Assembly (NCBI GenBank): GCA_964016885.1
Contig: OZ024743.1
Location: forward strand, 63,612,001 to 63,676,000
Reading direction: 5' to 3'
Source: Eledone cirrhosa
Taxonomy: Eukaryota
DNA: 64,000 nucleotides
Below, in pieces: positions 52,536 through 64,000 of this stretch; within the stretch, counting starts at the first letter, position 1; every line of letters starts with the position of its first letter. The notes below the pieces were generated by a model. The model did no database searches, was not told where the DNA came from, and was given only the letters and a program-made list of their open reading frames with translations. Both the position numbers and the translations under genes were made by a program.

Positions 52536-53796
52536 AAAGAAGACTTTTGTACATGCCTGGGGTTGATAAAGAGTCAAGGATTCCAAGAACAGATTCAGGG
52601 TCTAAATTGTTTGAGGAGTATGTGTTGTGTGGGTTGTGCAATATTATTGGATGAGAATTGTGTACAATGTGAGTTATTGATGGTGCATTGGGTGTGTCAT
52701 ATTATCAGGTATCAATTTTGATATTTTACTGGGTGGGAATCATCTAAGGTATTTGTTATGTGAGTTATGTTATTATATTGGATAACCTTTGTATTAGGTT
52801 AAGTGTTGAATAGTTTAGAATGCATTAGATATGATGTGTTTCTGAGTTGGAAGTGCCTGATGTAGGTGTCAGATATGGGTTGGGCCAATTTGAATATATT
52901 TGGGGACTGTGAGTAGTGTTGTGTATTCTGGTTTCATTTTGTTTATGCTCTTTCTTCTGCCTCATGTTTTAATTATTATTGAATGCAGACATTGTTCAGT
53001 GGTTTAAAAGTTTTCTTCGCAATTATAAGGTCCCAAGTTTGATTCCACTCTGCGCCATGTTGGCCAAGTGTCTTTATCATAGCCTTGAGTAGATAATGAA
53101 TCTTAGTAGACAGAAACTATTTGGAAGCCCATTGGTTGGATTGTGGCTGTAACACATATTATGCCATGCTGGTTCAGCTTGAGAATTATGTTAGGGGTAC
53201 ACCTGTCTGTGGAATACTCAACCACTTACATATCAATATATGAGGTTGATGGTCAGTTAATCAAACATCTGAATGCTCAATGTTGAAACTGATGGAGGAT
53301 GTATTATCATCATAGGTATAATTTTTCACTTTCATACCCAGACAAATTGTTTATTTCAATTAACAGTTTCTTCATTTTTATCCATGCAATGTTTTAATCA
53401 AAAGAGATTTAGATGTATATAAGTTTACAGATATAGAATGCGGATAGAATGCTTTATGGTATTCGTTCCGGCTCTCTGCTCTTTGAGTTCAAATCCTGCA
53501 GAGGTCAACTTTGCCTTTCATCCTTTTGAGGTCGATAAGAAAAGTACCAGTCTAGTACTTGGGTTGATACTTACTCTATATCTCTTTCTTATTTCCTCTC
53601 TCTCACTTTCTATCTTTCTCTGGAAGAAATCTGCTGTACTCAGGCCTGGAGAGGGATGGACTCCGCCAGGCTTAAAATGACCAAGAAATGCTGTATGTCA
53701 ATACGGTGTACCTACGACTGTATCAAGAGTTACGAGACCATACATACATACATACATACAAGTTTACAGAGATTTTCATTCCTGTCCTTGATGTCA

Positions 53797-53990
53797 GGGC
53801 GGTGGATTGGCAGTATCGGTAGAGGGTCGGACGCCATGCTTTGATGTATAGAGTTACGGCCCTTGCCATTCTGAGTTCAAATCCCGCCGAAGTTAACTTT
53901 GCCTTTCATCCTTACGGGGTCGATAAAATAAAGTACCAGTAATGCACTGGGTTATTGCTGGCCTTGTGCCAAAAGTATAAACAATTATTT
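53797..53990 (+). mobile_element. SINE family A
   Basis: Full consensus. Confidence 0.9.
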
Positions 53991-54636
53991 GTTTGGACAG
54001 GCATATCCCAGATGTTTGTAGCCAAATTATTGGTGTGTACTGTGTTTGGTACATGTTTATACTATAAAATTAACAGAGTCATTAGAGTAAATGCTCAGTG
54101 TACTTTGAGTTCAAATCCCACCAAGAATAACATTGCCTTTCATACTTTCCAGGTTGATAATATAATACCAGTCCAGTTGGCAGTTGATAGGCAGAATAGT
54201 TAACAAGTTGGGTGGGATGCTTTGTGGTTTCTGCTCTAGCACTGTGTGTTCTGAGTTGAAATCCTGCATCATTCTGCCAGGAGGTGCAACCAGTAATGGA
54301 TAGACCAATGAAAACATAGTTTCCTTGACCCAATCTGACGATTGGCACCTTTCTTTATTATGCCACTTCTTATCCATTGTTATATTGAACAGCCAGCATT
54401 TTATCCAGTGGACATAACTGCTGACTCCATTGTGTCTGTGAATATACGTGGACTTTACAAGGTCAAGGCAGTCAGAAATTCTGTGTTTAATTGTCCCATT
54501 GCAATGATGTTAGCGTCTTCAACTCCCCCATCCCACCACCACCACCACCATTATTTTTTATCATTATCATTATTTCTGTTGTTGTTGTTGTAGATTAATA
54601 GAAACATTTGAGCATCAGAAAAACAAAATACCTTAA

Positions 54637-55250
54637 CTCTTTAGCATTTACATTACTCTATATTTACTATTATATTTTCACAGTAAAGGCTTTACCTCAC
54701 ATAATTATCTCACATAATATCGAATCTTTGAGATTTTGATATTATTTATTTTGGGAACAATATCTTAACATAAGTATGAGCAGCTGATTCGAACAGAAAG
54801 AGGTGAGAGAATTCTGCCCGGATACAGACGGTTTAAATGGAAAATGGTTGAAGTATTTGTTCTAGCTCTTTACATTCTGAATTCAAATCCTGCGGAGGTC
54901 AAACATTGCACGCATTCTTCTGGGTCTGATAAAATAAAAAAATTAGTCGACTATGGGAATCAATTTATTTGACTTCCCCTTCTTTCCTAAAGTTGCTAGC
55001 CTTGTGTCTAAATTAGAAACCGCTATTATTATTGTGGTTACTCAGTAGAGCATCAGACAACATACTTTGCAGCATATAGTTACGGTTCTTTATGTTCTGA
55101 GTTCAAATCCTGTTTAAGTTAAACTTTGCCTTTCATCCTTACTGGGTCAACAAAATAAAAGTACCAGTAATTCACTGTGGTTGATTTAATTGACTTTTTA
55201 CTCCTCCAAAATTGTTGGCCTTGTGCCTAAACCAGAAACCATTCTTATTC
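54637..55250 (+). mobile_element. piggyBac-type MITE followed by two older SINE A copies
   Basis: 54637-54850 matches 12562-12766; SINE consensus at ~54850-55025 and 55035-55245. Confidence 0.75.
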
Positions 55251-55409
55251 TTATTATTATCTTCATTATTACGCAGACAACTTGCATGGAAACCAACTCA
55301 TAACCTAATCTTCAATGATTGTCATGTAATATAGTTGTTTAAATGAGGAAGTAGTTGGACAGATGCCCAGTATTTCCTGCAAACATCACAATAATTTTTG
55401 ATATACATA

Positions 55410-55760
55410 CATCATCATCATCATCATCATCATTTCATTTGACGTCTGCTTTTTCCCTGCTTGCAAGGGTGGGGCGGGAACTGATTCTGGCTTGATTTCT
55501 ACAGCTGGATGCCCTTCCTAACACCAGCGTCATTTACTGTGAGTGGTGGGTGCTTTTTTGCTGTGGTACCTCCACGACCACTTTGCAATGGAATGATAGG
55601 GACCCCAGTCCCTATTATCTCATTTCTACAGCTGAGTAAACTGGAGCAATGTGAAATAAAGTGTCTTGCTCAAGGAAACAACACATCACCCGATCTGAGA
55701 ATTGAACTCACAACCTTTCGATTGCAAGGCCAATGCTCTAACCACTAAGCCATGTGCCCT
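55410..55760 (-). mobile_element. SINE family B, full length
   Basis: Matches 8406-8742. Confidence 0.9.
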
Positions 55761-56134
<374 letters not shown>

Positions 56135-56511
56135 CTGGAGCCACTTTTCTAACATTTTAACATAAAAACAGTCTTGGCGCAAAATCAACTTTTTACATTC
56201 ACATGACCTCTACCGACCAATCAAAATTGTTTTGACCACAAGCATTTTTGCAACACAAAAATAACGCTGGAGCCATTTTTTTAACATAAAAACAGGTAGA
56301 ATTCCCAAAACTATTCAGATCAGAGCAAACAGCACGGACACTCTATCTCAAAATTATTTTTGAAAAGCATTTAGAAATGCGCAACCGGTAAAAACTTAAA
56401 AACTTAAAACCACAACTGAATACTAACCCATACAATCACTAATACTCTTTTATTCCTAATTAAACCATTTTTCAACTGTGAACAATTTGTCAGCATTTTC
56501 TATTCCGTTTA

Positions 56512-56552
<41 letters not shown>

Positions 56553-56765
56553 CGTTTCTGAATTTGTTTAGCAAGATTCTTTATCTGAAATCGTGTGTTG
56601 AAACCGATATTGTTATACTTTGGGAGGGTCATGTTGCCAATAAGAAACACACGCACCAGTTGCTTTCACTTCAATTTAATTTATTATATATTTATAAATT
56701 TACAAATTTATAAATTTCTGGTTGGTTGGTTGGTTCCACAACCAGATAGTTGTTTATATATATAT

Positions 56766-56810
56766 AGTCATAGTTCTTTCGTCACACACTCTGTGACCTC
56801 TTCAGTGACT
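56766..56810 (-). ncRNA. Minimal type I hammerhead ribozyme motif (left arm)
   Basis: agtca-CTGAAGA-g-gtcaca[gagtg]tgtgac-GAAA-gaac-TA-tgact. Confidence 0.72.
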
Positions 56811-56943
56811 GGGGATTTCTTTCTTCGTTTCTGTGCCTTTCCTTTCTTCTATCCTACGCCATTTTTTGCCATTTTGCCACACACAAACAAAATGGCGTAG
56901 GATAGAAGAAAGGAAAGGCACAGAAACGAAGAAAGAAATCCCC

Positions 56944-56988
56944 AGTCACTGAAGAGGTCACAAAGTGTGTGACGAAAGAACTATGACT
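56944..56988 (+). ncRNA. Minimal type I hammerhead ribozyme motif (right arm)
   Basis: agtca-CTGAAGA-g-gtcaca[aagtg]tgtgac-GAAA-gaac-TA-tgact; stem I agtca/tgact, stem II gtcaca/tgtgac. Confidence 0.75.
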
Positions 56989-57139
56989 ATATATATATAA
57001 ACAACTATCTGGTTGTGGAACCAACCAACCAACCAGAAATTTATAAATTTGTAAATTTATAAATATATAATAAATTAAATTGAAGTGAAAGCAACTGGTG
57101 CGTGTGTTTCTTATTGGCAACATGACCCTCCCAAAGTAT

Positions 57140-57320
<181 letters not shown>

Positions 57321-57514
57321 GATAAATCTACCAAGAGTTTACGGTAGTGTCCAATCCGTATGAAGAACTCAATGTAATCCGGATATCATGGAAAGAAGAG
57401 ATGCAATGAAAAATCACTTACGGTGAAAGATAAACGGAATACAGAGTCAAGATAAAATATTAAAAAAATAATGAATAAAACAATGAAACAGTTCCTTATA
57501 TTAAACAAAAAAAG

Positions 57515-57669
57515 TTCATTATTTAACGATCGTTTCTAGGATATATATGTGTTAGAATTGGCATGCATATTCAACAGATCTATGTACAAAATTATACAAA
57601 ATTATACAAACTATCAAAATTAAATATACATACCAAACACATATATATGCCGTCTTCAGAAATAATGAA
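57515..57669 (-). ncRNA. Type I hammerhead motif with long stem II (left arm)
   Basis: Reverse complement of 60015-60169. Confidence 0.68.
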
Positions 57670-58099
57670 ATATATTTATTGATAATAACAACAATTCAAA
57701 ATTTCAGGTCCGTTTGGGAACAGAGTTCAAATTGACCAATGAAAATACAAAAAATTTTATGCAGTTAGGTGTGTGTATATACATGTAATTAACTTCGTAC
57801 ACATATTTGCACGAAGATATATGTTCACATGCATACGCATGCCAAAAAGATGTATGTAAATACAAAAATTCAAGGCTAATGTCTCTGTAAGTTTATAATC
57901 TACAGATAAAATGCGTATAGACACGCAAATATAAAATAAATGTATACACACATTCATATACTCACACATATTCGTACACTCACACACACACGCGCGTATA
58001 TGCATAAACATACACATAACTACGAACTTAAGATAACCATAAGTACACCACCAACACATCAAACCAACCACAATATCTCCTCAAACACAGAATTAACGA

Positions 58100-58530
58100 A
58101 AGGCTGCAACTGCAGAAACAAAGCAAACTGCCCACCAAAAGGAAATTGTCCCGCTAACAACATAGTCCACAAATGCAATGTCAAAACCAAAGACTCCACC
58201 TGCTCACACATAGGAGCCACCTCCAACAACCCCAAGACAAGGTTCAACACCCACAAACACAGTTCCAAAAATGCCGCACCGGCTAACACAACATCTCCAG
58301 CAGAAAAAATCAACAGTTATAAAAACAAGAACACAGAACATGATTTGACCCGGAGTGCGCCCAAAAGAGCCACCCCCCACCAAAACAATAGAAATGAATG
58401 CAGATCATGCTCCCAAGAACCACTTGAAATAATGAAATCTAAGGACATCCTATCAAATAAACGACAGGAACCAACCATATCGTGCAATCACAAACCAAAA
58501 AAAACATTTAAATATTACAAACCTAATTAA
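58100..58530 (+). pseudogene. Penelope-type GIY-YIG endonuclease C-terminal fragment, hypermutated T>C
   Basis: CNCR...CP..GNC...NIV(Y)KC...(Y)IGAT...KTRF..HK...C..C..E...NKR.E...C.H pattern of PLE endonucleases. Confidence 0.85.
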
Positions 58531-59436
58531 CAACATCATTCCAGAAACCAACATACAACCCAATTTAAATGCTAGTTAACCCACAAATTTAACCTAACCA
58601 AAATTCCACCACAGATGAGAACACAAAACACTGTGCAACCACAAACTGTGAAAAACCTTCAAATACCACCAACATACACCCAGCAATTCAATCTATAGAT
58701 CAACCCTAATTCACTCAACCCTCCATTAAAACTCCCCCACAGACAAAATACAACAAAATATCGCGTATTCAACGACAGAGAAACAATCCCCAGCACTATA
58801 GACCCAACTAATACACACCCTAGAAATACATCTACAATCCGGTTCCAAACTTGGTCAACCCAAAAACTTAACCCAATTGGCTCAAAAATAGTATCCTAAT
58901 ACAGATGGATTACAGAGTGTCATGTAATCATAGAATGGGATAGGTTTTAGATGTACACCCAGTCAATATATTCCCTACAATTTTTGAAAAAATATGTATA
59001 TGTATGTATATATATGTATGTGTATACATGTATATATATGTGTATATATATGCATGCATATGCATATGTGTATGCATTAATTTCAATCTCTGTTTACCCA
59101 CAACTATATTCCACTATTGATAAAATACAATATCTGTCCCAACTATTACATACCCAATTAACATATACTATAGAAATTAATATATAATTTTCAATTTAGT
59201 TAACCCACAATTCATATTCCACCACCGATGCAATACACCACCTGTCTCTTCCCCACTACCAAATTCACCCCCCAACACTGATACCACAACGTTAATAATT
59301 CCAACCTAGCCACACCATAACCAACACTCTACTACCACCCAACTTCAAAACCCCGCCTCAAACACCACAAACCCAAGCAATTTACACCCCAGAAATCAAC
59401 ACATCAACTATCCTTAGCCCAGCCAACCTACAACCT

Positions 59437-59585
59437 TTGAACCTTGTCTTGGGGTTGTTGGAGGTGGCTCCTATGTGTGAGCAGGTGGAGTCTTTGGTTT
59501 TGACATTGCATTTGTAGACTATGTTGTTAGCGGGACAATTTCCTTTTGGTGGGCAGTTTGCTTTGTTTCTGCAGTTGCAGCCTTT
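59437..59585 (-). pseudogene. Inverted truncated copy of the GIY-YIG fragment
   Basis: ORF 59382-59744 is identical to the left copy except IVYK vs IVHK; breaks off after KTRF. Confidence 0.85.
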
Positions 59586-60014
59586 CGTTAATTCTGTGTT
59601 TGAGGAGATATTGTGGTTGGTTTGATGTGTTGGTGGTGTACTTATGGTTATCTTAAGTTCGTAGTTATGTGTATGTTTATGCATATACGCGCGTGTGTGT
59701 GTGAGTGTACGAATATGTGTGAGTATATGAATGTGTGTATACATTTATTTTATATTTGCGTGTCTATACGCATTTTATCTGTAGATTATAAACTTACAGA
59801 GACATTAGCCTTGAATTTTTGTATTTACATACATCTTTTTGGCATGCGTATGCATGTGAACATATATCTTCGTGCAAATATGTGTACGAAGTTAATTACA
59901 TGTATATACACACACCTAACTGCATAAAATTTTTTGTATTTTCATTGGTCAATTTGAACTCTGTTCCCAAACGGACCTGAAATTTTGAATTGTTGTTATT
60001 ATCAATAAATATAT

Positions 60015-60169
60015 TTCATTATTTCTGAAGACGGCATATATATGTGTTTGGTATGTATATTTAATTTTGATAGTTTGTATAATTTTGTATAATTTTGTAC
60101 ATAGATCTGTTGAATATGCATGCCAATTCTAACACATATATATCCTAGAAACGATCGTTAAATAATGAA
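60015..60169 (+). ncRNA. Type I hammerhead motif with long stem II (right arm)
   Basis: ttcattattt-CTGAAGA-[~116-nt hairpin]-GAAA-cgatcg-TT-aaataatgaa; 10-bp stem I and palindromic stem III. Confidence 0.7.
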
Positions 60170-60519
60170 CTTTTTTTGTTTAATATAAGGAACTGTTTCA
60201 TTGTTTTATTCATTATTTTTTTAATATTTTATATATATATATATATATATAAGCCAACAAACAAAACTAATAGAGAGCTATGCAAAGAGTACTTATGGTA
60301 TAACCCCGAATACAATAGTTCCATTAGTACAACGGTTTAATCAACTGTTATAGAAACACGTGTCAATAAATTCCTTTCAACTAAACTGTATCAATTCAAA
60401 TCTTTCTATTTTTCTCCGGATTACTTTTGGAACTACAACTGGAACCGTCGAGCAAACTCTACGTGAGCTGATAATCTACTGTGTGTAATATTTATATTAC
60501 AACACAACGGAAAATACTG

Positions 60520-64000
<3,481 letters not shown>

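Larger units (their letters stand above)
56608..57146. mobile_element. Near-perfect ~258-bp-arm palindrome of a Penelope-like pLTR/retrozyme-like element
   Basis: 56608-56865 is the reverse complement of 56889-57146 with a ~23-nt spacer; each arm carries a hammerhead motif. Confidence 0.8.
57321..60232. mobile_element. Penelope-like element with ~796-bp inverted arms (57452-58247 / 59437-60232)
   Basis: Arms are near-perfect reverse complements, contain a GIY-YIG fragment and a hammerhead motif, and the element is flanked by (TA)n. Confidence 0.88.

Noticed and set aside
57940-58530. Functional 196-aa Cys-rich protein or domesticated nuclease
   Set aside because: The N-terminus is low-complexity non-coding sequence, and the catalytic Tyr and core hydrophobic residues are replaced. 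The frame stays open because T>C changes cannot create stop codons.
59190-59430. PLE RT C-terminal motifs (IWFNPPF / YSTTPN-like)
   Set aside because: The match needs several frameshifts and is too degenerate to call.

Overview
Eukaryotic, AT-rich, extremely microsatellite- and retroelement-dense DNA with no convincing host gene. It is probably intergenic or intronic; the SINE/LINE repertoire suggests an octopus-like cephalopod (inference). Contents: a near full-length but disabled Tx1/L1-clade LINE (18.8-24.1 kb) plus relatives, a near full-length RTE LINE (60.7-64 kb) and many RTE fragments, R4/Dong-like and CRE-like RLE retrotransposon fragments, two tRNA-derived SINE families, Tc1/mariner, hAT, piggyBac-type and Helitron non-autonomous elements, and a 45-bp satellite. 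The most striking region is 56.1-60.5 kb, a cluster of Penelope-like (PLE) fold-back elements embedded in (TA)n. These carry hammerhead ribozyme motifs and a GIY-YIG fragment whose conserved residues are changed almost only by T>C, which is A>G on the ribozyme-bearing strand. This looks like ADAR hyper-editing fixed into the genome by reverse transcription. A second theme is an ATTATT/(TAA)n-targeted insertion system shared by the Tx1 family, a SINE and Dong-like elements. All alignments and counts were done by eye and boundaries are approximate.
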